Positions 38,206-52,428 of a stretch of 64,000 nucleotides of DNA are shown here, piece after piece. Source of the DNA: Takakia lepidozioides (taxonomy: Eukaryota > Plantae > Bryophyta). The position numbers and the translations under genes were made by a program. Within the stretch, counting starts at the first letter, position 1. Each line of letters opens with the position of its first letter. The stretch is from assembly GCA_030704615.1 (NCBI GenBank), contig CM060731.1, positions 79,298,001-79,362,000 on the forward strand, given 5' to 3'. The notes beneath the pieces were generated by a model, which saw only the letters and a program-made list of their open reading frames with translations, had not been told where the DNA came from and made no database searches.

Positions 38206-41200
38206 ATGCCTGTGGGCTTTGTGCCATCGCCCAAGTGCTTCATGGCTTCTTCTGTCCCCTCGCCAGACACAAGTAGCTGCTTACCAGTTGTTGCGGATGC
38301 AAATCCAAGAACTCTATCGGTGCGGCGCTCCAGTTCCGTGGGAGCCAGAAATTCGAAAGTGGGGGACGATGACTATGAAGGCAAGCAAGGTAAAACTTGT
38401 ATCTCACCAAAATTACTTCACTGCAGCATGGAGGCACTTCGTGGGCTGGACTTGTATATCTACATGTAAATTTCCCATATGCTAGAGGATACGTTACCAT
38501 TTCTGAGACCTCGGCAAGGACTCGTAATGGAAATACTTGCTGCACTCGAGGGATCGCCTGTACATTTATTAAATTCTTAAACGTTCCTTTCGGTGGATCA
38601 CATATGTGAGTTACCACAGCAGGCTATTATAAAATGTGTGAAGTATACATGACCTTGCAATCCAACCGGTTTTCTGGGCAAACAGTTGGACAGTTAAGGC
38701 ATCGATTTTTTTTCTTACAAACACGGATGGCTGTGTGAGCTGTGATCTTTCTTAGCGTTTTTAGTTCTCAATGACTCTCCAGCACAGCAAACTACTGTAA
38801 GCATCATCAACGAATGCTTCTTATCCGGGAAATCAAGGTCACTACAATCACACAGTGGTGCGGATATCCCTCGGTCACAACAATCACAGAGCGGTGAAAA
38901 AGAGAAAGTAATGTTCTGCTCTCTAGCTCAAAATTAGAATTCATAAGAAAGTGCATAGTTCTGAAGCCTAATTTCTTAGGTCGTGGACAAATATCATGAA
39001 CGATTTCCTCCATTAGGCCTACTTAGAACCTCACATGGCCTGGGTATCCCTAATTTTGTAAACTTGCATATTGCATTCCCTCTTTGAGACTTCAGTAGGT
39101 GCAATTTTGAAGCATTCAGTGGGAGAATTGCATTATACAGGTAGGACCAAGAGAGTTAATGGCTGACACCTGAGAGGGGGTGGGGTCCTTGTTATCTGAT
39201 GCAATGAAAGAACATCTGCAGCACATTGATGTTTGGTTTTTGCTCCTGTAGGTCAAGGTTTTCGTGCGGATGCGACCATTCACTGAGCAGGAGAAAGTGT
39301 GCCCCCTGCGACAGGTACTGCTCTATGCAAACATAAGTCTGTGCCGAATTGTAGGTATTCCTGCCCAAAAACATATGTGATTGGTGACCGCAATAATAGA
39401 TCTTGCTTCCACGGTTTTGGACTATATCTGAAGTTGCTTTCATTCTCCTCTGAAGGACAACCTCCCCAAGGGTACATAATCACATGACAAATATGCTAGA
39501 AATAAGGGCATTCAAGAGAACATCTGGTAGGCCAGAAACTTCTGGTAGTCACACTGCGGGTAAGACTGCTGGACTGGCATTTATGAGTGATGTAGCCAAA
39601 AGGTCCATCAGCCCATTTGTCCAACTTGTTAACTTGGATTTCACCAAATTATCCTAGTACAACTCCAGAATGAGGTGGTGTTGTGAGGACTGGATGAGGC
39701 ATTCAACCTACAGAACTGGCATGGTAAAAGAGCCCATTGAAGGCGAAGAATACAATTGTATAGTGCACCCTTGAATGTGGGGCAGGTGATATGCTTGATA
39801 GGGGACAAGATTGTAGTGCGAGAGGTCGACCATCAGCGTCACAGGATAGGGCCTGCCTTGAAGGACTCGCGTCGCGCCAAGTCTCTTGAATTCAAAGTGG
39901 ACTATGTTCAGGTAGATTTCCTTTCCTTCCCAGAAAGGTATTCTGGAAATGTGCATGTTATCATTTTTTCCCAATGGATGGTGCGACTTCCAAATCTCGC
40001 AAGCCTGTGACGCTTGTTGGTATGCCAGATATTGTTTGCATGTCAAGCTGAAAGGTGAAGTGCTCTTAGTTACGCCGGCTTCGGCTGGAGTCTTCTCTCT
40101 CTCTGCATGTATCTGAAGTGATGTTAAGAGGACTTTAGGTTGCAAAACATCAACTCTCGCTTTGTATGAGGATTGAGATTTTATGCTTCAATCCAAAGAG
40201 GTAAGTCATTTGTAATTTTCACAGGTTCATTTTAAAGCTGAGAAGAGTCAAATTTACTTGGCATCTGTGTACTGTGTGGTGATATGACTTATCTGTATGT
40301 AGGATGACAGCTATCTGCAGATCCAAAGCTGCGAGCACAAGGAAGCATCACAGCGTCGATTATTTGAAGCGTTGGGTGTCCCATGTGTGAAGAATGCCCT
40401 TGATGGCGTGAATACCACTGTAAACAACCCTCCTTCACCCTTTCCCAAATGCCAAGGGACCATCCCTTGCACTGCTCTCTTCTTTGTTGTATTCTTTACA
40501 TCATGAAGTTTCACTCTCTTTGCCTTTCAGTACAATGTGATCAAGAGTCCAAATTGACTCTTACTCTCTAGTGTCTATGCTCTTTCACACAGCAGTGGAC
40601 TACAATACAACAGTAGCACCATGTGTCATATCTGTTGGAGTGGTGGAGGGCTGGTGTTGACAATGGCTCATGTCTATTATGATGTCAATAATAAACACAT
40701 AGAGAACCGTCATCTAATCCTACATTTTGGCATTTTGCTAGCTGTAACGAAGTCTATTGGGCAGTACATAATCCCTCTTTCTTACGCAAATCCTTCAGAC
40801 ATAGTGGTCTGCATGCAAGTCCTCCACCTGGCCTCTCATGTGCTTGCTATTTGTGTTACTGTATGACAGATTATAGCATATGGGCAGACAGGCTCTGGAA
40901 AGACATACACAATGACAGGAGATGACACACATGCAGGAAGAGGTCTTGTGAGTTCACCAATCAATCTGGTTGCAAGATCAATCTAACCAATTCTACTTTC
41001 TTAATTATAGACTTTACAGAGTGTTGCAAAAGACCCTCATGAGGGAATGGTGCCACCTGGAAGGCAGTGAACATTGTGTGTTCATAACCTGTGAGTACAT
41101 GGGCTGTGTTTCACTCTTGTCATGCATAGTGTTTTTATCACATCCAAAACTGGACACTTTTTTAGTTTCTTTGGTCAGAGAAAAAAGGCACAAGACACCA

Positions 41201-44200
41201 GATAAACTCGCGTATGTACAGATTGTACTCATAAGACGTTGTTTGCCGTAGCCTTGTGGCCATTGACCCCGCGCCCAGTTTGAGCGGGAACTCGCGTATG
41301 TACAGAGATAGAATCCATATTGATGCAGTTCTAGAGCTACATGTTGAACAGTTACACAGTTTGTGACCATTGTGCAGATTCCAAGGCTGGGCAGTGAGCT
41401 GATGGACCGTGTTGATGCTGAATGTAGAAATAGAGCACATCTGACTGTGCAGGTACTGTTTCTACATACTACATACTCTTCTTCTGAGGCTCCTGTGGAC
41501 GCACTACATTTCTCTGAGCTCCAGGGTGAGAAACCTGGAAACCCCTTAAAGCATCTTTCCTTCAAGGAATCATTGGGGCGGGATGTACAACACCATATCA
41601 GATTTTATTATGCTGAATTTGCTTGTGTACCACTCAAACTCAACGCCTTAGTTCGACTTACAATCTTCTTGACAAGGTGCTCTCACAACCTCTATGAGAC
41701 TCTAAGCAGCTGGTTTAAAGCCAAAGCCTGTCCATTGCATCCCTAATGCCACAAAATCCTGAAGGAAATGTCTTCAAAACATGACCGCAACAAGGTAATT
41801 AGACAGGACCTGGAAATGCAAGAGTCTTACAACAAAGCTGCAATTCTATCACGGAACCTTCTCGGTCCTCAATGACAATCAAATCTTATAGCCCATACGT
41901 GTCTACAACTCTCTCTCTCTCCGCGGACGTTATAAAACACCATTTCATTTCATTTCATTTCATTTCTCTCTCTCCTCTCTCACTTTGAGGAGTATTGGGA
42001 GGGATGTGATCACAATCTTGGCAAACCAAGACTTGCCGATCCAGACATGGTCAGCAATCAGATAATCAAGTGCAATTCAGCGTACTTGAGAGTGGTTGAG
42101 GTAGCCACCCTCTAACTCTATATCTCACATAAAGAAATGTCATCTATGTGTGGAATTACGGCACTTGGGGTGCACAGGGCCATTCCCTATGGACTTCCAG
42201 TTCTTCTTTTGGTGGGTACCAACCTAACATGACCTGTTCAGGTGAGCTACTTTGAAATTTATCAAGAGAAAATTTGGGACCTGCTAGCTCTTGAGAAGAC
42301 CCCAGCTGATCCTCCAGCCAGATTGACTCGGTCTCGTACCCCTTGCTCAATGGCAGGCGATGGTAGCATTGCCTATGGTCAGGAAGGAGAGCTTGTTGAT
42401 GATGATGGGATATCTCACTGTGGTTCTCTGGCCGAAGAAGGTACTCCCTCCATAGCTCAAACAGATGCCTCAACCTCTGAGGGTGTGAGTGCAGATGGAG
42501 ATGCTGGCCCCCACTTCACTGTTATAGATGAGGAGCTTGGGCAAGCATCAGATACCCGATCTCCCAGTTCGCGGATAGATACTCCAAAAGCTCACAAAGC
42601 CAAGAAAAAGTCCAACACTACGACAGCTCTGAAGGAATGGACACCACATAATCGCAGTAATTTCTCATCGCTATGGTTTGGAGAAAGTGCCAAGAAAGAG
42701 ACGTACCTGAAAGTACGGGAGCACCCTGTCACAGGGCCCTATGTAGAGGGATTGTTATGGAAGGAGGTGACAGAGTGGGCAGATATGGAGGGATTGTTGA
42801 AGCATGGTGCAGCCAACCGCACTACCTATGCTACCGACATTAATGAACACTCTAGCCGCAGCCATGCCATTTTCACCATCAAAATTACTCGGGTAGGATC
42901 TTAACCCCTCCCCCTGTTTAATCTAAAATGACTTCTCAAGAGCACAGATCAGGAAATAATGCTGTATTTCTTCCATTTTCAACATTTGCTGGAGATTTGG
43001 TGAAAAGTTACAACATAAAGTTCTTCTGGAACATGTAGCATAGATGTAGTGGCGTACTGGCAAAAGACTCTTACCAGCATGTCCAACAGGGTGATACCTA
43101 CTCGAGCAACAGAGCCAGAGCTCTAGGCCATCATCATGAAATCCTGAAAAGTTATTGAACATTCACACGGTAGTAAAAAGACAATCTTACATGGAAGCTA
43201 CATAAACAAGGGCACCTCATTTTGAAAGCCATGCTGATTTTTGCAGAGGAAGGTGGGGTCTGAATGGCAGAACCATGGGCTTGATCTTCCTGGCTTGCAC
43301 TCCAGCTCCATCCATCTTGTTGATCTTGCAGGTACATAGAAGCAACCAGACATACATACAAACACCATGACGACTGTGTTGCACACAATGACACAGGGAT
43401 GAGAAATCAGTCCTGCAAAATCTAACCAGGGCACTTTAACCTTACATTAATCTACCACTGTCATTTTCTGGCATCGTTTCTTTCATATTTACCTGAAGTT
43501 TGATTTGTAAGCCCTGTCCTCCAATATAGTCAGGCCTCTTGCTGGTCATTCCTCCCAAGGGTTTCCATTGGGAAATTTGAACATGCTGTGTGCCCAGAAT
43601 GTGGTGGTGCAAACATCAGTGACTAGTGACTCACTCTGTTCAAGCATTTTGTTGGATGGAAGAGGATGTTAGGCCTACCATGGTCCCAAAAACCTGAGCC
43701 ACCTTATGTGAATTGAACGGGCACTTGTCAAGGAGTGCACACTTCTACGCTGTCTATTTTGTTCACTAGTTTGCATACATTGTATGTGCCTTACGGTAGC
43801 GAGTTGCCATTGACTCTAACATCGTTGTGAGGCTTATGCTTATGCACTGTACAGTTGCTCTGCAGCACCATACAAAAATACCAGCCATTAGGTAGCAGAA
43901 AAAAGGGAAGGGGAGAGAATACAGAAAGATTAATTTTGCTTGTCCACCTGAGGCAGAGGGAGTGAATGAGTGTCAATCAAGTGATATACAGATACATGTG
44001 TATCCTGCTTGCGATCTATATGTAGCAGACATTTTTTCTATGTGGAGAGTCGATAGACTAGGCTTTGGTATGATAGGCTGGAAATATTGAGCCAAAGTTT
44101 AACGCATGTATGGGCGGCAGGAAGTGAGAAAGCGGGCATTGACTTGGTGGGACAGAGAGCTGAGGAATCTCGATGCATAAATAAATCTCTGTCCATGTTG

Positions 44201-47200
44201 AATGAGGTGAACATCTAAACATACATCTAAGAAGTGGACCCATCTTACTAAAAGTTGAAGTTATCAGTTGAGAATTAATCTCTAATGCATATATTTAGAA
44301 CTAAGGCTCTTCTTCCTTAATTCTCACTGAGATTTTAAAGGGCATTTCATATGGTAGGTAATCTTGAGCCTGTCAAAAAGCACCTTCGTATCATACCGCA
44401 ACTCAGTGTTGACATGGCTGCTACGGGATTCATTTGGTGGCAACAACAAAACTTTCATGGTGGCGAATATTTCTCCCACAGAGCAGGTAGGGCTTTCCTT
44501 CTTTGCTTGATTACAACCCTAGAAGTGTTCATGTGATTGATGCCAGTAATATGTTGAGAGTCATGAAAAATAACATCCAGTTTACTGCAGCAGAAGCTTC
44601 TGTTCCTAGGAAGCGTACTAGATCTTTGTAATTTGTACTGTCATTGCAACGTTAGAGAAGGTAGATAGTTTGGCCTATTTTAACTTCAATGGCTACCATG
44701 GGAGGTGTAATCTTCCTGCAAACCCTGTCTGGCTGACCACACTGCCAGAGTTTTGGCTTGCTTGGTAAGAAGTTTTCTCTGGATTCCCTCCACTATAGCA
44801 ACTTGAGGTTGTGATCTGCTATGAAAGGATTCCCGTGTTTGGTGGATGCCAGGATCTACGGGAGAGTGTAAGCACACTTCGCTATGCAACAAAAGCCCAT
44901 TGCATCCAAAGCAACCCTCATGTGGTAGACCAAGACCCCAAAAGCAATCTCATCTACAAATTAAAAGAAGAAATTTGCACGTTGCGATATTTGTTGGCCT
45001 CTCTCACTGCTCCCAAGCCTCCTGAAGCCTCTGCACAAATGATCCATACTGCATCAGCCTCTCTCCAGGTGCATTCATACTTGCACTTGAGTCATTTGGA
45101 AAAGAACTTTGAGATGTCAAATCTATGGTCTTGAAACAAAGTATAACTTGTGTAGGTGGCATGTACGTTTGTCTGTCTGCAGTAACAGATGCAAATTTTG
45201 GCTTTCTGTGAGTGATTGTGGAGCTTCCCGTGTGTTATTAAAATTTCTTCTTCCAGGAAAGGAGCAACACCCCAGATTAGGCCCTCCTTGATCTCTCTTT
45301 CATTTAAGTTTCAGTTTCTTGTTTTTTGGCAGGAAGACCCCAGATGAAAACCTCACTCTCTCCTTTAATGACAAAGAGACTACCACTCCCTTGTTTGCTG
45401 AAAGTCCTACTTCTTTCTCAGACACAAACTCGTACATAGCACATCCTTTTTATGCCATTCATATGATCACAAATGTTATGCAGGTAAGCGCATTAGACAC
45501 AAAGAGGCAGATCAAAGGTGTCAAAGTTGACCTTGAGAAGTTCCCAAACATTTCTTCAAGCACTGCTGTGAGCCCAACAGTGACCCCAAACTCAACCCCC
45601 CCTAATTCACCAGTATTGTCTCGAAGCCTAGTACCTCAGCCTCTACTGCCAGTTGTGGCTAGTGACCAAAAAGGTGATGTGGAGGTGAGTTCAGGAGAGC
45701 AGCAAGGTTTTGTTATGAACAAGAAATTTTCTGAGCACAATGTCTTAGCAGCATCCATGGAACAACCCCAAAGTAATTTGGCCTTTGAAATAGCAGGGGC
45801 TTTAGATGATGGGAGTCGATCCACCATTTCAGCTGTCAGGGATAGAACAAATTTCCATTGTGAAGCTGTGGATGTCCATCAGACAGGTTTAAAATGTAGT
45901 GGAGCTCTGGACATGAGACTCCAAGATACTTGGCATTCTGGCGAGGATGCTGATTCAGGGCACAATATGAATCCGAAGTACTCTGGATTGGCGAGTGAAG
46001 TAGAACATCCAAACAATTGGAGAAATTGTGAAGCTATCAATTTGCAGGAGTATACGGGTTTTGTCTCTCTTGTTGCAGGGTACCCCACTCTTCAAAGTGG
46101 ACATGGAATCACTGATTCCGATCAACAAAGGGAGTCAATAAATTCCAGGGCTATTGATGCACGACAACGTTTTGATTGTGGGGGTGCTGCTGGAGGGCAC
46201 ACTTCAACTGACTGTGATAGCCACCAAACCATTTGGCAGGCGTGGAAGGCTATTGATGCAGAACCACAACCAGAATGTGGTGAGGTTGATGTTGGCCACC
46301 AAATCATCTTAAGCGGAAGTGCTGATATGCCACACCAGAGCACCTTGAAGAACTGTGGGGCTACTGGCATGGGGGTCAGGGATGTGGGATATCAATCAAT
46401 TTTGGGAGATTGTGGAGCTACTGATGCACCAAATACTTCAAAAGATCACTGGTTAGTTGATCTCGGGCACCAGACCACTTTGAGAGATTGTGGAGCTGCT
46501 GATGTGGGGCATCAGATTACCATGGAGGACTGTGGCACAATGGATGTATGGTACAAAACTACTTTGAAGGATTGCGGAGCTGCTGACGTGGGGAACCAAC
46601 TTTCTTGGAATAACCTTGGATCGAGCAATGTGGGGCCTTGGATCACGTTAAAAGATTATGGGGCAGTGGACATAGGGCATCAGACCACAAAGAAATATTG
46701 TGGGGCTGCTGACATGGAAAACCAAACCACTTGGCATGAATTTGGGTCTCTACATACAGGACTCCAGATTACACTGAAGGACTGTGGGGCAATTGATGTG
46801 GGGCACCAAACCACTTTAATACATTGCGGAGCTGCTGATGTGCGGCACCAAGCTTCGTGGAAATTTTTTGAGTCTCTTGATGTAGGACCCCAGATTAACT
46901 TGGACTCTTGGGCCGTTGCTGTAGGGCACCAGATAATTTTTAGGGATTGTGGGGTTGCTCATGTGGGGCATCCAGTTACCTTGAAGGACACTAGGGCCAG
47001 TGATGTGGGGCACCAAACCACTTTGAGAGATTGTGGAGCTGTTGACATAGGGCATCAGGTTACCTTCAAGGATTGCGGGGCAATGGATGTGGGACATCAA
47101 ACAATTTTAAGAGATTTTGGAACTGCTGATGTGGGGCATCAGGCTACGTGGTATCAAATTGGGGCTCTTGATAAAGCACACCAGAGTACCTTGAAGGACT

Positions 47201-50118
47201 GTGGGGCCGTTGATGTGGGGCACCAAACCACTTCGAGGGATTGTGGAGCTTCTGATCTGGGACATCAGATTTCTTTGAAATACTGTGGGGCAGTTGATGT
47301 GGGACACCACATCACTTTGAATGATTGGGGAGCTGCTGACGTAGGGCATCAGGTTACCCTGAAAGACTGTGGAGCAGTGGATGTGGGCTACCAAATTACT
47401 TGGACTGAATTTGCTTCACATGATGCAGGGAACCAGATTAAATTGGAGTCCAGGGCAATTGATGTCGGCCATCAAACCAATCTGAAAGATCTTGGAGCTA
47501 CTGAAGTGGGCCAACAGATTACTTTGAAGGACAGTGGGGCAGTTGATGTGGGACTCCAAACACCTTGGAGTGAGTTTGGGGCTCTTGATGCAGGACACCA
47601 GACAACCTTGAAGGATTATGTGGGAATCGGTGTGGGGCATCAAGTCACATTCAGAGATTTTGGAGCTGCTGATGTGGAGCAACAAACAACTAGGAGTGAG
47701 TTTGGGTCCCTGGATGTGGACCACCAGATTACCTTGAAGGACTGTGCGGGAATTGGCATGGGGCACCAATCCCTTTGGCAGTGTTGTGGGTCTAATGAGG
47801 CAAGAAACAATAGGGCGGATTTCAGGGCTCTCGATGTGGGCCACCAAATTTCCTTGAGATATTTAGGACTGGTAGATGCAGGGCACCAAATTACTTGGAC
47901 CAATTCTAGGGTCATCAATGTGGGGCATCAAATCACCTTGAGAGGTTGTGGGGCTGCACATACAGTGCCTCAGACCACTTTCCAACCTTTTGGTGCATTT
48001 GAATTTGGGCGCCAAACCAACATGCAGTACAGAGGGGCTTTTGATGCAGGTCGACAATTAAGTTATTGGGATGGGGCTGTTGATGTGGGACACCAAACAT
48101 CATCAAGAGATTGTGGGGCTACAGATGCAGGCCATCGAACCACCTGGAATGAATCTGGGGCTGTGGACAAAGGGATTCAGATATACCCCAAAAAGTTTAT
48201 GGTTACTGATGTGGCACAGCAAACAAGTGGAAGTAAGTGTGATGCTGTTGATGTAGGAAGTCAAACGATTTTCAGAGACTACAGAGGTTGTGACGTGGGG
48301 CAACAAACCTCTTCTTCTGCACCTGAGGCTATGAATAAAGGGTGCCAGGTTACTCTCCAGGATCGTGGAGATGTCGGGAACCAGATGACTTTAAGAGATT
48401 CAGGGTCTGCTGATTTTGGGCATCAAACCACTACAATGGATTTTGGGGCATTTGATATTGGGAACCAGACTGCTCTTAGATCGTTAGCATTTGATGTCAA
48501 GCACCAAACAACTCTGAGGGACTCTGAAGCAGTTGATATTGGATGTAAAACTTCTCTCAGGCGGATAAATTTTGTAAGGGATGTTGGACAAGTTGATGTT
48601 GAACAAATGGCCTTAAGTGATTGCGGAGGTGTTGCTGTTCCGCAGCAAAGTACATTGAAAGATTGTGGAGCAGTAGATGTAGATGACCAAACCACTAGGT
48701 GCATGGACACAGGACGTCGAACCACTTCGGATCACTTAGGGGCTGCTGATTCTGGAAATCAGACCACTTGGAAAGAATGTGGGACAGTGGACATTGGGCA
48801 TCAAACTATTTGGAGGGAATTTGGGGCCACTGATGTAGGACACCAAACAACTTGCAAGGAGTTGGGTGCTTTGGATGCAGGGCAGCAGACAACTACCAGA
48901 GATTGGATGGTCCTTGATGTTGGCAATCAAACCCAAGCTGGCAGAAACCTTGATGCCAGTATTCAGACAAAAGATTGGGAACCTCTTGATATTAGTGTTC
49001 AGACAGAAGCTCTACTGCCTAGAGTTGCCAGTCTAAAAGACTGCACTTGCAGTGGCCTGCAGAACCAGGATGGCCAAAGCTTCCCATCCAGACGACCAAG
49101 GCTTAATTTTGGCACCCAGACTCTCAATCTTGAACATCAAACATCTAGTAGGGAATTGAGTGACTCTTCAAAGATTGCTTTGATGCTATGCTCTCTCTGG
49201 ATGCTCATAAAACTAAGTAATGGAACCCATTCGTACAATGTCGAGAGAAGGGTCCACCCTACAGCAAGAGCTGGTGGTTGTTTGTTTATTAGTCCTGACC
49301 TTGGCTTCGAGAGAGAAGAACAGTTCTGCAACCATACCACGATCATGAACAGCCCAGAAACAGTTATATCTCATGAAACTGACCAAGGTCACCGAAAAAT
49401 AGGTGATGTGTCTGTCTCGACGGCAATGCTGACATTATGCTCTTTCTGGATTCTTATGAAGATATCAGGTGTGTCAAAGCAAGGGTCGTCGTCAAGCTGC
49501 CACGTGTCAAGGATCACTACAATAGAGTTTCTCTCAGCCACTGACGAAACCAAGCTTTCTGCAGCAATGGGAGGTAAGAATGAGTTGGAGGGATTGTATC
49601 CCAGATTGATTGTAAAGCAGTTACAATACTCAGGGATGGAGCCAGTCACATTTAGAAGCTCAGCCCCCTTTCTTGTTCAGTTTTTCGGGGAGCACTCTTT
49701 GATGAGGGCATCCCTTGGGGCCAGCTCAAGGAAAGGGGGGTCCTGCAAGATTGTTTGCAGGAGGCCAGGACAGTGGATGGTCCATTTCTTGAAGGCAGGC
49801 GTAAACCGCTTAGGCTCTGGAAAAGATGTGCACTTCCAGATTGAGGGTTGTTTGGAGGAACAAGCAGAGTTCATCTACATGCCAGCTGAGCGCTGTGTGG
49901 AGCAGAAGGGATATGTAGTGGTGCGCGTGATGTCTGAAGGAGGGGCGGAGTTGAATGGGGAGCCAATGTTGCAACCCAAGGAGCTTTTCACAGGGGATAA
50001 GCTTGTTCTCCACAACAACCAGGCAGCCACTTGCACAATGTATTTCTTTGACCTTGTCTGTACTAAACAGAGGGCTGAGAGGGCTGAGAGTTCCCACAGC
50101 ACATGTCTGAGGGGGTGA
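38206..50118 (+). CDS. Kinesin-3-like motor protein with long repeat region and C-terminal FHA-like domain; start exon uncertain
   Basis: [10 protein letters not shown] (39252), [13 protein letters not shown] (~40875), [81 protein letters not shown]...[13 protein letters not shown]. The last exon is ~45484-50118. Confidence 0.88.
41223..41288 (-). mobile_element. 66-bp 5'-truncated non-LTR retroposon 3' end with 18-bp TSD
   Basis: AACTCGCGTATGTACAGA at 41205-41222 and 41289-41306. The insert matches the copies at 61749 and 62189. Confidence 0.8.
41570..41965 (+). mobile_element. Possible degenerate non-LTR fragment ending in (CATTT)n
   Basis: Intronic coding-like stretch ([14 protein letters not shown]) followed by a CATTT microsatellite at ~41941-41964. 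Confidence 0.3.
46270..49010 (+). repeat. Coding tandem repeat, ~42-nt / 14-aa unit ([14 protein letters not shown]), roughly 60 copies
   Basis: Directly visible in ORF 45319-50118; the frame is open throughout. Confidence 0.95.
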
Positions 50119-50630
50119 GAACAAGCCAACTGTGTACATTGAATTTTTTACCTTGTTTGAAAAGAGTACATTAAGATTTCTCATGATCTCCCTTTCACTG
50201 GTAAGAACAAAATTCGCCTACAGATATCAAAATTTAAGTTCACAACTAGTGGGAGTATAGCTTCTGCCCACCAATTTAAGGCAACATAGATGAGAGGGAC
50301 ACTAATTGCCCAGGTTTGATGGTCAATGTAGCCATCTGATTAACCATTAGAAGACAAAATGGACAGCGCAAAGACTCACAGGCTTTCACAGAAAAGAAAT
50401 TGAAATCTTGGAATGACAGGGGTAACCCTCCTTTGAAACCGATGACTGCCAACAACTATGACTGTGGAGATCTCATGACAGTTCAACCTTAGGCACATCG
50501 TTCCCACAGTCCTCATGGCTTCATAATTTAGTAGCACCTCACTACAAGATTCCCGACCCTTAGAGGGCAGCAAAATAGAAGGGTCACGTTTGAGGTGAGC
50601 CAGCACTGACAGTGCCAGCTGGACATACAC

Positions 50631-52221
50631 TTAGCGAGGAGTCTTCTTCTTGCCGGCAATTGTCACCTTCTTGCCTCTCCGTGTTCGTGCATTGCACTTG
50701 GTGTGTTGCCCTCGGCATGGTAGATTCTGAATGTGGCGTCTACCCCTGTAGCATTGGATGTCCTTCAACCGCTTAATTGCCAGTTGATTGAATCGCCGCT
50801 GCCAGATAGCCACAATCAATACAGACATAGCAGACAGAAGCATGACTAATAGGCCGCTAAGAAGTTTACTAAATACCAAGAGATCCAACATAATTGGATT
50901 CAACCATGTCCCATTTCCTGAATTTCACATGGTGGGAGATAAAGGATCTCCAGGCCCTACAGATCATTTGTCGCCCCTAAAGATCCAAACAGGTTGTCAT
51001 GGGCAAGCGTTAGGTGATAAGTTAGGGAAGAAGACAGAATAATGTTATTCCATGGAAGATGTCAATGTTTGCCACTCTCTATATGAAAAACAGTACATGA
51101 GGACCCAAGGTGTCTTGTAACATAGAATCCTGTACCTAACAGTATCTGAAAGGGAACCCAAGCCTTCAAAACCACTTACAGAAGGTGCCCAGTTATCACT
51201 ATAACCTTCATCTATGACCTGCCATAAACAAAATGAATAGAAGGGAAAGGCTATAGAGAACGTACTAAGTCACCCTCGATCATGTATTTGGAAACTTCAT
51301 CACGAAGTGTGGTAAGCTCCTCTTCAGAAAGATCCCGGGCATACTTATTTTCCATGCCAATATCAAGCAGAATCTGCCTTGCTGTTGTCTTGCCCACCCC
51401 ATGGATGTACTGGAGGGAAATCTCAATGCGCCTGGCATTGGGTATCTCCACACCACCCACACGAGCACATCGTATGTTGAGGCCCTTATATCCAGAAACA
51501 TGCTGTGCCACCAAACAGGCTATCAAATTATATCCAACAAATTTTGGAATGCTGTCAGCTCTTTACAGTGTGAATGCAAAGAATTGCTCAACAACTGAAC
51601 CACCTCCCCAATGCAAGCCCATGCCAAACAGTCTTTCCAGTACATATGTGACCTGGCCCATCCAGACCGGGCAGTATCTCCTCACTCTTCGTGGGGCCCA
51701 GTCATTGAGGACATTCTTCCATCGTTGCTTGTCCATACGTACAGAGAGTGGAACCAGCTCAGACACACGCACACACTCTCTCTCTCGCCTTATCACAGTC
51801 TCTTTCTTTCTTCCTTTTTGGTGTGTATGGTTCTAAAGTGTCCCGTGTGCCAAAGGGTCTCCCACGACACGTAATAAATTCCTTTCTTTCTTTCTTTCTG
51901 GTGTGGGTGGAGCGCACTTGCCTGACCGCTCTGCCACTCTCAAATTAAACCATGTTTAAAAGAAGTTTACAAATGCCCCTCAGAACATTCAACTATGGAA
52001 AATCCCGCATCGAGCGTACAATGCCAAGCTACCCACTTTCTTCCACACACACAGCAAGATTTCAATCTCACCCAGCAGGAGGGAGAGGGGGAAACCACCT
52101 TAGAAGTTCGTGCCAAGGAAAGAGAGACGGTAGGCGCGGCCTTCGAGAGGGTAGACGGGGAAGCAGAAGAAGGACCCGCCATGATAGCGCTCAAGGCCGG
52201 GGCCAGTACCAAAGTTGCCAT
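50631..52221 (-). CDS. RPS13: Plastid 30S ribosomal protein S13 (nucleus-encoded, 3 exons)
   Basis: Ser/Ala-rich transit peptide; [25 protein letters not shown]; [27 protein letters not shown]...[14 protein letters not shown]. Confidence 0.95.
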
Positions 52222-52428
52222 TGCTGAGCTGCACCCCACACCCTGCCGGTGTGTGTGTCTCTCTCTCCTCAACGACAAGACAACAAGACGGTATAGGTAG
52301 CTCTGGATAAGCCTCTTCCTTACACCCGAGGGCCCAAACAAGTGTACCTTTTATCTTGTCCCCTCGATCCCATACTGTCACCTCAGAACCTCCAAAGAAG
52401 GACTACCACTTGTGCTTGTTGAGCAGCG
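52222..52428. promoter_or_regulatory. Compact bidirectional promoter/5'UTR region between RPS13 and lumazine synthase
   Basis: Divergent start codons 207 bp apart; one site-II-like GGGCCCAAA at ~52330. Confidence 0.5.
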
